A stretch of DNA of 63,510 nucleotides, counting the filler, from Octopus bimaculoides (Eukaryota): assembly GCF_001194135.2 (NCBI RefSeq). It is 7 parts of 6 records of this genome, joined end to end, with 100 filler letters (N's around TTAATTAATTAA, not from the genome) between each part and the next. Parts side by side here need not be neighbours in the genome. Positions count along the whole stretch, not along the records: positions 36,889 to 40,572 come from NC_068987.1; positions 40,673 to 52,553 come from NC_068982.1; positions 52,654 to 57,587 come from NC_068985.1; 4 more parts are not named here. One strand, written 5' to 3'. A program made the translations under genes and the position numbers. The notes under the pieces are model-generated. The model worked only from the letters and a program-made list of their open reading frames with translations, did no database searches and was not told the DNA's origin. Below, piece by piece: positions 38,296 to 52,889 of this stretch (its first letter is position 1; every line of letters begins with the position of its first letter).

Positions 38296-38647
38296 TAAAG
38301 AGAGTATAAAATAAAATAAAATAAAAGTAAAAATAAAAGTAAAAATAAAAGTAAAAATGAAAAACAAACAATGGAAGGGATGCTGGTCTGAATAATTGCA
38401 ACAGAGAGAACTCTGCAAAATAGTGTTTTTTCCAGATATAGGTCGGTCCTAAATGAGATGACCAGTGGTCAAAAGAATTCCCGCAATGGCTATCCTGTTT
38501 TATTTTTTCCCTTTCGAGTATCATGTATCTAATACAAATTATCAAATGCTGCCTGAGATATCAACTTTTTAAAAAAGACGTTAGTTTATGATTTGAATGA
38601 AATTTGGGTGCTATTTCTAGCAGTCCAAACACAAACGTTCCACGTCA

Positions 38648-38684
<37 letters not shown>

Positions 38685-40672
38685 CCCATCTACATATATT
38701 TATCTATTTATCTACTGTTATCTCTTTCCCACTTACACACGCGCGAGCACACACACAAATAGACACACGTACACCCAGACATACACGAACACACATACAC
38801 ACACAAACACACACATATTTACAAACGCACACATGCACTATGAATACACACACCTACAACTCTACATTATCCTCATCCTCTACCCAACACAACTCCCACT
38901 CCCTTTTTCTTCCCTCCTCGCCCACTACCCTCAGCACATCATCATCATCATCATCATCATCGTCGTCGTCGTCGTCACCATCATCACATTCCGCTGTTCG
39001 CTCTACACGCCACGATCATTCGCAACTAACCGCCCGCCTCCACTGTTCACACATATACACCTGAACATCCTTCACACACACAACTGGTCCGGAAAGCACG
39101 GTGGTGGTCGAGATGGGAAAGAAAGAGAGAGAAAGAGAGAGAGGGGGGAGAAAGAGAGAAGGGGAGGAGAGGGTGAGGGAGAGGTAGNNNNNNNNNNNNN
39201 NNNNNNNNNNNNNNNNNNNNNNNNNNNNNNNNNNNNNNNNNNNNNNNNNNNNNNNNNNNNNNNNNNNNNNNNNNNNNNNNNNNNNNNNNNNNNNNNNNNN
39301 NNNNNNNNNNNNNNNNNNNNNNNNNNNNNNNNNNNNNNNNNNNNNNNNNNNNNNNNNNNNNNNNNNNNNNNNNNNNNNNNNNNNNNNNNNNNNNNNNNNN
39401 NNNNNNNNNNNNNNNNNNNNNNNNNNNNNNNNNNNNNNNNNNNNNNNNNNNNNNNNNNNNNNNNNNNNNNNNNNNNNNNNNNNNNNNNNNNNNNNNNNNN
39501 NNNNNNNNNNNNNNNNNNNNNNNNNNNNNNNNNNNNNNNNNNNNNNNNNNNNNNNNNNNNNNNNNNNNNNNNNNNNNNNNNNNNNNNNNNNNNNNNNNNN
39601 NNNNNNNNNNNNNNNNNNNNNNNNNNNNNNNNNNNNNNNNNNNNNNNNNNNNNNNNNNTATATATATATATATATATACATTCATTATGTATGGATGTCT
39701 CTCTCTCTCTCTCTCTCTCTCTGTCTATCTATCTATATCTGTCTGTCTACATTCTTACATACAGCGTATATAGATACACATACGTATGTATGTATGTACG
39801 TACGTATGTATGTCATTGCTTAGTTTTATTTCAAGATTTCTTGCCAACAGAGAAAGAACCGGTTTCTAACCTAGATCCAAGGATTCTTCATTGGAATTTC
39901 AACATCAACGACAGGGTATTTTTGTTTGTTTGCATGTATGTATGTATGTGTGTGTGCCGATTTGTATGTTTGTTTTATGTATGTCTTCTCATGCATATAT
40001 AGTTGCATATCTAGACACGCTCATATTTATTTAAATGAAAAACTGCTGGAAAGTTTTTCAGATTTTAACAGTTCCAGCGATGGATTGGATGTGTAGCATC
40101 CGAATTAGCTTTCTCCTTTCTGGTTTTGAGAAGCCTAATTTCTCAAGATTGGTATTTAGATAGAGTGTTACATATCCCTGAGCCCCATTAGTTACAGCTA
40201 TAAACCTGAACGTGTAATCTGGATAGAGTAATTGCAGATTTCTCTATAGTTCAGGGTAGATATTCTCTTTTTCACTGATCTTCAGCTTTATGTTAACATC
40301 CGCTAATTTCTACAACTGTACAGTTTCTCTTCTCTATCTCAAATCACTACGTCAGGAGGTCTGTTGTGATTATATTTTATTGAGGTGTGTATGTATGTAT
40401 GTATGTATGTATGTATGTATGTATGTATGTATGTATGTATGTGTGTATATATATATATACATAGTCCTGCAGTCGATATTTTCGACAAAAAAGCGGTGCT
40501 CCAGCATGGCCACAGTCAAATGACTGAAATAAATGAAATTTAAAAAAATAAAAGTATATATATATATATATANNNNNNNNNNNNNNNNNNNNNNNNNNNN
40601 NNNNNNNNNNNNNNNNTTAATTAATTAANNNNNNNNNNNNNNNNNNNNNNNNNNNNNNNNNNNNNNNNNNNN

Positions 40673-41965
40673 GTCTCCCTCTATTCTATTTCGGTCTAAC
40701 GCTAGGGCCTTACTGTACCTAACCGATTCTGACTTGATTGCTTTTTTGAGGGCATACCACCATCTGTTGTTGATGATGGCACCCGTTAATGCTCTCTTAA
40801 CTAAAGTGCTAATCCGGTCCCTGTAAGCCCGGCGTGCCGTGAACGACGCGTTCAGCTTCCAGTAACCGGGACCCTGTCTATGTGTCTTATCTAAGTCAAG
40901 CGTACAAGTGACAAATTTGTGGTCTGTGTAGCTGACTATGTGGAATTGTGGACAACCTACTCTATCCTTATCCACTGTCCTACAGAATACCCTATCTAAG
41001 TAGAATCTGGACGACCCGATGCGGTTACTCCATGTCCACGTTGGCACATTCGGGTGGTCCAGTCGGTACCTGTCAGACAGTTGGAAACGTCTGAGCAGGT
41101 CTTTGAGGCTTTTGCATCCCTTTCTATTGCTATCGCTGCCTGCGTAATCTAGATGCGTGTCCAGAGTAGCGTTCCAATCCCCCACTAAAAGTAAAGGTCG
41201 AGACGTTCTCAAGAAAACCTCTAGACTTCGATAGAAATCTGGCCGGCCTGTTAAACTGCTATCAGTCGAAAAGCACACCCATTGCTGCTGTCGACATCCA
41301 AGACAACCAGCCTACCCTCCGGGTCTAGGGAAATTGCTTTTACTTTGAGGTCCAAACTCTTCCGAAGAAGCACCGCGGTGCCTCCTCCACCAATTCTCGG
41401 CAAACACGGAGAAAAATAAATGTTGAAATGTCCGCCGAACATGTGCCGGAGGGCCCGCGGGCTGTGGAGTCTGGTCTCGCTGATGTCTATGACATGCAGA
41501 TTTTGTGACTTGATGTCGTTTAACAGATACCATTGTTTCCAAGGCGACCCCAAGCCACGTACATTTATACTGCCTATTTTGAGCATGATCCTATCAAAAT
41601 TTGTGTTTTACACACGAAAGGAGAGAGAGAGAGTTACTTACTGTCCGAAAGTTCTTGGTTCTTCGCCTCACAGTCTTCTCTCAGAAGGTCTTTATACAGT
41701 TTTTTAGAAGAATATTTCTGGAATCTCTCTACTGCATCAGGGTAGAGAGATTTTAGTGTATTGTATGTGTTACGTCTTATGTGTATGATTTTGATGTGTT
41801 GTGGTGGTGTTGTGCGTGGGTGATTGCTTGTTTTCGTGTCATTTTCTGTTATGTTAGTGTTTGACCTAATGAATTTCATTAGGTCTGGATTGTTTGTGTT
41901 TATCGCTGTCAACATTGTTGGGGGGTTGTGTGTTGGTGCGTTTGTGTTGGTGTCTTTGTTTTCTG
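40673..41965 (-). mobile_element. Young Tx1/L1-like LINE: ORF1 tail and nearly intact APE endonuclease of ORF2, cut by a gap
   Basis: MLKIGSINVRGL...ISETR...GGGGTAVL...DPEGRLVVLDV (41251-41586), a single small-deletion frameshift, then LVGDWNA...TWSN...YLDRVF...TDHKFV...PGYWKLNAS (40673-41278). Upstream ORF 41634-41915 may be the end of ORF1. Confidence 0.9.
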
Positions 41966-41967
41966 TG

Positions 41968-42032
<65 letters not shown>

Positions 42033-42190
42033 GCAGGCAGGCAGATAAGCAGGCAGATAAGCAAGCAGACAGATAGACAGACTGACAGGCAGACAGACAG
42101 ACCGACAGACAGACAGACAGACAGACAGACATACAGACAGACAGACAGACAGACATACAGACAGACAGACAGAAAGACAGACAGACAGAT
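41968..42190 (+). repeat. (TAGA)n grading into (CAGG)n and (CAGA)n tetranucleotide microsatellite
   Basis: Read directly from the sequence. Confidence 0.95.
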
Positions 42191-42700
42191 AGTTAGATGG
42201 GCAGATATACTTTTAGTGTAATATATGGGTTCATTGAATCGTGTAGCTATGACAGCCGAAGTCCATGAGATCCGGTCGATGAAATTATTTCACGAGCAGT
42301 ATATAAACTATAAAAAATACATTGTATATATAAAGAGAAAATTTTGTATATATACTTAGAGTTGAATCACTGGTTTAATCATAATGTTCTAGTCATCTTA
42401 TCTGCCCGCTTCCATTATCTGCATTGATATGTGAACATACAATTGTCCTGTATAATGCGCAACATACATATTAGCCAAGACATGTAAACAAAATTTATTT
42501 ATTGTTACATTCAGAAGGCTGCGAATTGGCCGTAATCTAAAGGATGACAAGAGGTTAAATAAATATGTTCACCTCTTACACCACCTGACTGTATATATAT
42601 ATATAATGCACGTTTTAAGTTGTGAAATAATTGTTGTCATATTAGAATTTCCAGTGGTTAATGAATTTTACCATACTAATTCTCTTGCTATTTATAACTT

Positions 42701-42732
<32 letters not shown>

Positions 42733-45700
42733 TGTATATATGTATGTACGTATGTATGTATGTATATGAGTGTCTATATGTGTGCTTCCTCTGTATGCTT
42801 TTGTGTGTAAGTTTGGTAATCTTCAGTGAAGGCTCATTGCGGCCTGGAGGTTATAGCGCTGTAAGATTTACAAAGGATTGTTTCATACGTTAGATAATGG
42901 TTCTGTTAAGTGCAAAATGCATTGGGAGGAATTCACTCGATTCACTTTCTTGTTCGTTCGGGATATGGATGTGTTTGAAGATTTGTAACTAAGTTTTTGT
43001 GGATAAATAAGGACAGCCTTTTTCTTATATTTTGCGAAGTATGCTTACCAAAAAGACCAGTATTTTTCTGTTAAGTAAATGTTGCATATATTACATCTCT
43101 TATACTGATTGGATTTTGCAATGATACTCCAGTATGTAACAGATAACTTATTCTTCACAACTTCAGCTTTCAGACAAATTTAAACAATAATGTTACATTG
43201 CACTTATTTCTGTTTTCAAATGAAATCTCTTCTTGGAAGCATTCCCTGTTCAACCTATGTATTTACTGAAAATGGGGGCTTAGTACACCATTTCTCTCGT
43301 GTTACATTTATTGCATAGTAAAGCGATCGGGGGATTAGAACTTCATACTCATTCCACGTGTGTTGTGGTTAAAAACAAGTAAAATTTTGCTAGATGATCA
43401 ACTATAGCTATCTTTTGTGGTATCTATGATTTTTTTATCCTAAGTCACCAAAATTGTTAGAATTCGAAACAAAAAGATTACCAAAATTTAATCGACGAAA
43501 CTGAAACAAAAAGAAAGGTTTTATGTAAAACCTGAGGTAGCACGACTTTGCGCCGGAGATTGGAATGTGTACCGGAGAAACTTCTTGATAATCTGGCGTA
43601 ATCTAGAACGTACGCATATGTAATAGCTTCAGCAATACACATGTAGAAACATTATTGCACAGTAGTCTCTCTTGAACTTAGTATAGTGTAATTTTTCTGG
43701 ACATTAAAATGAAGGCTAGAATTGTTAAGCACTTGTTGCTATGTCGAGGATGTAGGATGGTCTGAGTCGGCTACCGTTGTTGTGACAGTGACTGTTCTCT
43801 TTATATAAAATTCATGTTCTGGTGCTGAGCACGGTAGATACTACATAGTTTTTATTTTTACATGAGCGGTTACTGTGTTATTCCACAGTTGAAAGGGAAC
43901 AAAATTTAAAGATTTCATCAGGGGATATTTTTTAATGTCAGCACATTTCGTCTATGCATGTGTGGCTGAAGTGTTTATGTTACATGCCGATAACTCTTGC
44001 GTGCGGAAGGCTTTTATATTTGGTATCGGCAGAGAGAATTATCAAACTTGTAGCTAACGCCAGTTTGCTTGCGACCTAATGTTTAATCTATTTCAAATCC
44101 AAACTGACACATTAAACCTTAGCACATTTATTTTAGTACAAAACGTAAATGAAAAGATTAAACTAAAACTTAAATAAAATATTCATAGGCTAGCGTTCTA
44201 TTTGAAATATACGACTCTGCTAGAGCCATTTTGCATTTAGCGAATCTCTGTGAAGTTTCCGTCTCATCATTAATAATAGCTGAAGCGGACATGGCTGAAA
44301 TAATTTGTCTGTCATTGTTTTCGATTTTATCACTCTTTTCTAATTATAAATTGTTTTATGTAACTCAGAACAACTGTGTCTTTGATTCCTATTCCAAATA
44401 TAGTTTTCCAATAACGTCAGTATAAAGTTTGTTATATAGAAGATTGATGTCAGTATAGTGGAGTATAAATATGATAATGCGATTCTTCATGCCAATGTTT
44501 TCTACAAAACTGTTTGTATATGTGCGTGTGTTTAAATTTCAGTTTGTATTCATGTTATTTCTTCTATTAAGTAACAATTTTCTTCTTTTATACCATGAAT
44601 GATTCAATTAGTTTTTGATACGCTGATTTCATAGGAAAGGAATTCTACATTAATGTATCATTAATCACCTTTCTATTTTCATAAAAATGTTTTACATCAA
44701 GAAACTTATCAATATGATTGTTATAAATTTAGTTAACGCCATATCCACTGCTGCCAAGACTGTATAACAGGCAATAGAATAATAGTACTAAAACTCAACG
44801 CCGTGATGTGGATAATTTTGTTGAAGCATACTCATGTTATGTTTGATACTAAGTTTTTGTGAATAAATAAGGACAGCCTTTTTCTTTTGTAAAGGTGTGC
44901 ACTCTACAGAAATTTCTCTCCGCTTGAAATACAGGTCAATGTATTTAGTTAAAAGAAATCGATATGAAACTATTAATATATACTTCTTCAAAACATGAAG
45001 GAACACGCGAGCGGCTGCAATAATATATTGCAAAACAATTTTTTATTTTTTCATAAAGTATATAAAAATAACTCATTTAAAACTTTTAGAAAACAAGTTT
45101 ATTGTTTGAAACGGTTTTAAAACCAGTATCATCTGCCAGTGACACTTTTTCGCAGACAAAACGAAAACATTTATAAATATTTAAACGAAACTATCTACTA
45201 AATGAAGTTATTATATACTGAACAAACAGACTTTCCTTGAATTTCAGTGTAAACAATATTTAAGGCTAAATACCAGAGATGAACGTGACAAATATCAGAA
45301 AAAATCCAGTAAAATTAAAAATAATTATTTGAAGTGTTTTCTTTTGTCTAGACGGTTTCTAGTCACCTTATCAGCTGAAACTGTTATCTACAATCAACGT
45401 TCATGCTAAAATTAAAATTAAAAAATTAAAATGTTTCAAGGTTCTCGAAAATAAAAACGTTCTCTAAATTGTTTTCGTTTGTGCTCTGTAAGAACATGCA
45501 TAAGTAATATAGAAACCATCTGAATTTTGTTTACTGAGGAATTTTCTGAGGACCATAAAGGAACATTTTTGACATAAATATATTCTGCATTTCATATATC
45601 CCAATAAGAAAAATATTTAATGTTGAATTATATGATGTTCGTTCACAAAGATTGATTACTATATCCAGAGGAAAGACGTTTTTGTACTTAGTTTATAATG

Positions 45701-46724
45701 TAAGGATCGAATATATGCCATTTTGAATTAGGCAGCTCCTTCGACTATACATTTGCAATTTAGATATATCATTTTAAGTTAAATTCTCTTCAGAAAATTA
45801 CAAACTATTAAAAATCAGAATAAAAATGTGTAAGCTTCCTACTTTGATATAAAATTAATATTTGCATTTTGTCTTGAAAGTGCATTTAAATTTTCTTTAC
45901 AACATATTCTCTTAAGGCAAGTTCTCAGCCTTCCTCAGCAGATTTCATTCATGCTCTCTCTTCAAAGATATCTTTTAGTAACTGAATTCACATGAAGCAA
46001 TTATCATGCACCACAATTAAATCAGAATTTTCTGCAGCATTTCATTTTCTCTTTCTTGAACCCAATTGCAAAGTGCACTATCCTACAGGTATTTGTTTCC
46101 CTACTGCAACCCAAGGAGACGGCTTTGAACAATCGTTCCAATGAAATAAATATGTACGTAGTGTGACACTGTTTCCTTCACATTTTTCTCTTCCATCATA
46201 TAAAGCTTTTCATCGATGTTTATCATTGTCAATACAATTACTATATCATCTCATTTAAAAAAATATTTTTGTTGATTTTAATTATGTACTACATTGCTAT
46301 AAAAATGATTTCTAGCATATGCACAAGGCGACAACTTTTGAAAAAGAGCATGCTATTTCAGATCGGACGCAGTTAATAACTGTTACTTATTTTATCGAAC
46401 CTAGAGAGTTGACATACAAAGTAAATCCTAGAAACTTAAAAGGTGGTAACAAGATAATGCATGGTATTTTGTCTGGAACACCGATTTAATCTTCTACCGC
46501 CCTTGCTACAGCGTTATTAATACTTATATATTAAATGTGTAAGACGACAATTACAGTTTCATGTTCATTTCCACCTCTCTCTTTTTACTTCAGTCGTCAA
46601 AGTTTAACATAAGTGAACAGTTCTAAAGAGTTTAGTATCTTTGATGTCATAAAATTTATCAAAACTACAGAGACCAATAACTTTCTGAATTAATACATTC
46701 ATACCACATAACGCTGCAATATAG

Positions 46725-46940
46725 CAGCAAACGCGAGCTTGCAGAAACGTTAGCACCCCGAGAGAAATGCTTAGCAGTATTTCGTCTGTCTTTACGTTCC
46801 GAGTTCAAATTCGGCCGAGGTCGGCTTTGCTTTTTATCCTTTCAGAATTGATAAATTAATTACCAGTCGCATACAGGGGTCGATCTAATTGACTGTCTCC
46901 CTCCCCCAAAAATTTCGGGCATTGCGTCTGGAGAAGAACA
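46725..46940 (+). mobile_element. SINE family B (further partial copies at about 47150-47262 and 53132-53225)
   Basis: gcgagcttgcagaaacgttagcac...gagttcaaattcggccgagg...aaaatttcgggc. Confidence 0.9.
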
Positions 46941-48143
46941 AATTCTTATATTTCCGTCCGTCCGGTTTTATCTTGTCATTTATATTGTTATCCTTATTCA
47001 TCTATTCGATACTCAACGACCAACTAAAATTTCACCATGTAGTGTCTTACTGGGTTTTACCAGGAGAAAGGAACCCTGAGGAAGGAAATGTTTTTATACA
47101 GGGAGTTGAATTTTGAATATTTCCTACAGCTCCTTAAGACCTTTCTGAAACGACCGTAGGTTTGGACTGAGAAATTAAGTACAAGTTGCGCATTGGGGTT
47201 GTTCTAATCGACTGACTCCCTCCCCCAAAATTTCGGGCCTTGTGCCAAGAGTAGAAAAGAACAGAGTAGCAATTTTCAATGCACTGAATGAGGATGCAGT
47301 TTTGAGACCCAGTCAAAATATATTTCACTTAAAGCATCTCTGCAAATAGTTTTGGAACACTATGTTTAATATGTTTCCTTATCCTGCTCATTTTAATTAT
47401 CTCAGACTTCTTATCTATAACTATTGTTATCCGAAGTTAATGCCTAGATTAAGCGGGATCTCATAATATTATAAGTACATAACGCGGCGAGAAAGGGATG
47501 GTTAAAGTTGTTAGAATGTTGGGTTCCCTGAAACTAGAAATGTCTTATCATCGGCGGCACTGAACTCTGTCCACTTCAAATTTCATTCGTGATCAGTTGT
47601 CAAGATTTACTTGTTATCTTTGTCTTATATCTGCTGATTATTAGGCAGTAAGCCAGATATGTGTCAAATAATTAATATAAAAGTTCAGTTTCGGTGGAAC
47701 ACGTTTTGCTACTACGATATTAGGTCTAGAGTTACCGGTAACTTATCTCCAATAAACGGTTCCGTTCAGTGAGTTAGAGCACACACTATTAATATCCTAG
47801 AAATGTTATACCTTATTCATGTGTTATTTGAATCACGAGAAAACTAATTTCATCTTTTTAGCAAAGGTCTCGGATCACTAGATGGGTTCTCCACTATTAA
47901 ATCGATACGAGATAAACGTTATTTATAGATTAGCCGGAAGTGCATCAAATGCAAATGTTTCAAGAATGGTGCTGCTGTTGTTCTGCTGCTACCGCTTTCA
48001 AGGGTGAATTCGTGAACTGGGCTTTATTTGCAGCTTCACTGGAGTTGTATTAGGCTCTCTAGATGAATAAGCACTGGAGGAAAAATGTGTTGTATGATAT
48101 GGAGAAGTGTTGAAAATTGTTTATGAACAATTTTTTTTAAATT

Positions 48144-48529
48144 TTGTTGGCACTCCGTCGCTTGCGGCGTCGAGGGTTCCAGTTGATCCGATCAACGGAA
48201 CAGCCTGCTCGTGAAATTAATGTGCACGTAACTGAGCACTCCACAGACACGTGTACCCTTAACGTAGTTCTCGGGGTGATTCAGCGTGACACAGAGCATG
48301 ACAAGGCTAACCGTTTGAAATACAGGTACAACTGAAACAGGAAGAAAGAGTGAGAGAAAGTTGTGGTGAAAGAGTACAGCAGGGTTCGTCACCATCCCCT
48401 GGCGGAGCCTCGTGTAGCCTTAGGCGTTCTCACTCAATAAACACACACACAACGCCCGGTCCGGGAATCGAAACCGCGATCCAATGACTGCGAGTCCGCT
48501 GCGCTAACTACTGGGCCATTGTGCCTCCA
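48144..48529 (-). mobile_element. SINE family C, second copy
   Basis: Same head and tail (...cgacggagtgccaac) as 32878-33266. Confidence 0.9.
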
Positions 48530-48865
48530 CAATAAAGATAAATAAAATAATAAAAGACCGATAGATTGAGCTGGAGTGGAAAGATAAACGTGAAAGGAGA
48601 ATAATGAAAAAAATTGGCAAGTTGAAGAGAAAAAGTGATAAAGGAGGGAAAAAAACAGCACTAAGAAGATGCATGTGCATGTGTGTGCATCTGTAGGTGT
48701 ACATGTTTGGAGATGTGTGTATTTGAGTGTATGCGTTTGTATTTGGGAATATGAAATGAAGAAATTATATAACAAGAAAAAGTCAATGATTAGAACCTAA
48801 TAAAGAAAAGTACATAGATAACGATAAAAAAAGAAATAAGAAAGATAAAAAAAAATGTGGAAGGA

Positions 48866-48904
<39 letters not shown>

Positions 48905-49540
48905 TAATATACAAAGAATCCAACTCAAAATTAATTATAGTGTTAAAATATTTGATTAAAGGGAATATTTCAGAGGATTTACTATTAGAATGGCGAAGGC
49001 GGAGAAGACATCTAACAAAAAGTTGTTATATGCATTTTAATAGCCGATACTCTCGAAATAGAGTTTCCAATCAGATATGCAATAAACAATTATTGATTGT
49101 TTAACTTAAAGTTTGCAATTTATCTTAAGACTGAAAACATACAAACCAAACAGTTGACAAAAAAGATAAACACATGTGTGTATGTGTGCATGTGTGTGTG
49201 TACATACATATGATATATTACGTGATGTAATACATATATTTATATATACATACATGACAATACATAAATATATATACATACATACATATGTATATATACA
49301 TATATATTTATATATATATATATATATATATATAAGTATATGTATACATATGAAACGTTCTTTTACTTGGTTCAGTCATTTCACTGTGGGCGCGTGCGTG
49401 CGTGTGTGTGAGTGTGTATGTGGTTATGCTAAATGCATTCTCATTAATCTAACATTAAATTATCCCTAGAAAGGAATGTATATATACGTGTGTGTGTGTG
49501 TGTATGTATGTGTGTGTTTGTGTGTGCGTGTGTTTCTGTG

Positions 49541-49585
<45 letters not shown>

Positions 49586-49926
49586 GTGTGTGATGCAATA
49601 AACATTTTATCTGTTAACAGTATTTTTTCTTAACATCTGAAAGCTGTTAAAAATTATTTTTGTTATTTGTGCTTTTACTATATTTATTTTATGGTCAATT
49701 ATGGCTGATCAGCTTTTGTTAGTGAAGCAACGTAACAGAATGAATACTCCGTTCGCCTGATTACAGACTTCTTGTGGTACCGCAAGAAATATATCGATTG
49801 TCAATTTAAGGTTAATGGTTTCATTAAATTATAGAGTCAAACTATTGAAATGTAATGCTGTTATTTTTGTGTTTCTACGATTCATATCCCTTGCTTGTCG
49901 TATGTATATATATATATATATATATG

Positions 49927-49987
<61 letters not shown>

Positions 49988-50011
49988 GTATATATATGTA
50001 TATATGTATGC

Positions 50012-50071
<60 letters not shown>

Positions 50072-51471
50072 TTGTGAGTGTGTGTGCTTGTGGAGAAAGA
50101 GAGATGCATGTGTACATATAGTTGGATGGTTAGATAGATACGTAGGCATTCGCGCACACACACATACACACCACCTATATATCTATATATTTAATATATT
50201 ATACGCACATGCCATATTAGCACATGCGGGTCATGAGCCACATTGGGTAAGCTTTATTCTTGGAAATATCTAGGAGATGGATGAATGGACGGATTCTTCA
50301 AATAATTAATAGCTGCACAAATGGAAAAAGTTACTCTTTGTTCTTTATGCTCTCAGCTGAATGTCACTCTCTGACAAGGAATACATCATTTCTATGTTTT
50401 CTTTGTTATTTTGTGAATATATTTGCTGAAGGCGTTATATGTCTGCATATATACATCGTGCATGTATGTATTGTGTGTCTGTGTGTGTTCGCGTGCGTAT
50501 GTGTGTGTACTTACATGCATACATACATACATACATACATATATATACATACATACATACATACATACATACATACATACAAACATACATCATACATACA
50601 TACATACATACATATTCACCTATATATGTGTTTGTTAATGTGGATATCTACGTCTGTACGCATTGTACAGAGAAAAATATTTAAAACGCATATGCCAACT
50701 GGGCTTCGCTTCACATTTCATATTAGAATGGGTATGTGTTTGAAGATTTTTTTTCATCAGAATTTAAATAATAGTGCAGTAAAGTGACAAACGATTAATA
50801 AGCCAGCAAATTGCGAGGACGTTGATTGTTTCACTTAACTCTATCTTATTAACTTACATTATGTTCGTTGTTATAGCCACAGAATCTTCGCTATCGAAAA
50901 TCCTTCTTTAAGCATAGTTTTATACATAATAGCTAACTTAGTAACAGAATGAATGGGATAAAAGAGATTCAACTATGGTTGAAACCGAGTTGATCAGGGT
51001 TTCATTTTAAGTATATTTTTGTTACATAACTGCAGGTTAGCCCTGATAAACGACAGCGAAGAAGGATATTGTGCATGCGTGAGCATCAATGTCCATGTTT
51101 TATTCTGACATAGTTTAGATAGGATGAAGTCAGCGCAAATAGTAAAGATATGGCGTAGGAATTTGTTGTTTTATATATGTATATATATATATATATATNN
51201 NNNNNNNNNNNNNNNNNNNNNNNNNNNNNNNNNNNNNNNNNNNNNNNNNNNNNNNNNNNNNNNNNNNNNNNNNNNNNNNNNNNNNNNNNNNNNNNNNNNN
51301 NNNNNNNNNNNNNNNNNNNNNNNNNNNNNNNNNNNNNNNNNNNNNNNNNNNNNNNNNNNNNNNNNNNNNNNNNNNNNNNNNNNNNNNNNNNNNNNNNNNN
51401 NNNNNNNNNNNNNNNNNNNNNNNNNNNNNNNNNNNNNNNNNNNNNNNNNNNNNNNNNNNNNNNNNNNNNNN

Positions 51472-51522
<51 letters not shown>

Positions 51523-52224
51523 AATTTGAGTAACACCTATATCCTCTATCTTCGACTTGTAACACCTAAATTTTCAGTGAGTTGGCACGCACTCGAAAAC
51601 ACCCAGAATATTAAAATGATAAAGAACTAATGCCCCATAAAATGCAATGAAAGAATTTACATCATTACAATTCCTTACATATTGCGGGTTAATCATTCAT
51701 GTACAAAAGAAAAAACGGTTAATAAATTATTAAAAACCGTAGTTGTTTCTAATTAAAGGCAAACTGTTTTTCCTCTTTTGATGAATGATTCGCCCGAAAT
51801 GTATAAAGAACTAAAAACATTATGAATTCTCTCTTTACCTTGTAAGATGCTCTCTGTATTATTTCTTTGTTCGCTTATTTCACAATACTTCAAGTGATCT
51901 ACTAAACCACTTTCATCCAAACTATTGTTCCACAATTTTAAGGCGTTCTGCAAACTAAGAATGATTTAATATAGATTTGCACTTCAGATAAATGTTATAA
52001 AGAACTATGACGTACAGCAGAGGACATGGAGCATTATTGCTATAATATTTATGCTTTATATGAAATGTAATTGAAAGAAGACCTGTTTCTTGACAGTAAC
52101 TGTTTTAGTCTACCTTTAATTTTCTTAAACACTACTGGCAGTGTAATCTCCGAGTGTTTCAGACAAGCAACTGCAAACAGTAATACATTGAAGATGAAAA
52201 AAATTATATATATATATTCTTTCA

Positions 52225-52503
52225 CTTCTTTCAGTCATTCAACTACAGCCATGCTGGGACACCGCCTTGAAGAAATTTAAGTCGACTTAATCGACCCCAG
52301 TAATTACACAGACACATACACACACATATGTATGTGTATACACAGCAGGCTTCTTTCGATTTCCGTCTATCAAATACACACGCAACGCTTTGATCGCCCA
52401 ATACTATATTATAAGACACTTGCCCAAGGTACCACGCAGTGGAACTGAACTCCGTTCAATGTTGTTGGAAAGCACACTTCTTACCATACAGCCACGCCTA
52501 TGC
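52225..52503 (-). mobile_element. SINE family A, internally deleted copy
   Basis: Tail at 52225-52300 and head at 52340-52503 on the minus strand. Confidence 0.8.
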
Positions 52504-52543
<40 letters not shown>

Positions 52544-52834
52544 TGTATATATANNNNNNNNNNNNNNNNNNNNNNNNNNNNNNNNNNNNNNNNNNNNTTA
52601 ATTAATTAANNNNNNNNNNNNNNNNNNNNNNNNNNNNNNNNNNNNNNNNNNNNAAGTAAGTGAAATGAATGCATTGAGTTTGTATTTTTTTGAAAGTTGG
52701 AGTCAAGTGATTGGCGGAGCGAACAGTTCCGGGATGGTGCATATTTTGTACCGGAACGAGACACGTACGAACGATAGTAGCTTGAGATGATGGGAAGACT
52801 TCATAAGAAAAAGAATGGAGAGGGAAAGGTAGAA

Positions 52835-52889
<55 letters not shown>

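Noticed and set aside
43200-46250. Possible hAT/Buster transposase remnants
   Set aside because: Only vague word-level resemblance (e.g. LHT...KILAR); no continuous alignment could be built by hand.
50221-50246. Possible 26 nt exon ending TGG|gtaagc
   Set aside because: Weak acceptor without a pyrimidine tract, frame-shifting length, and no recognisable peptide.
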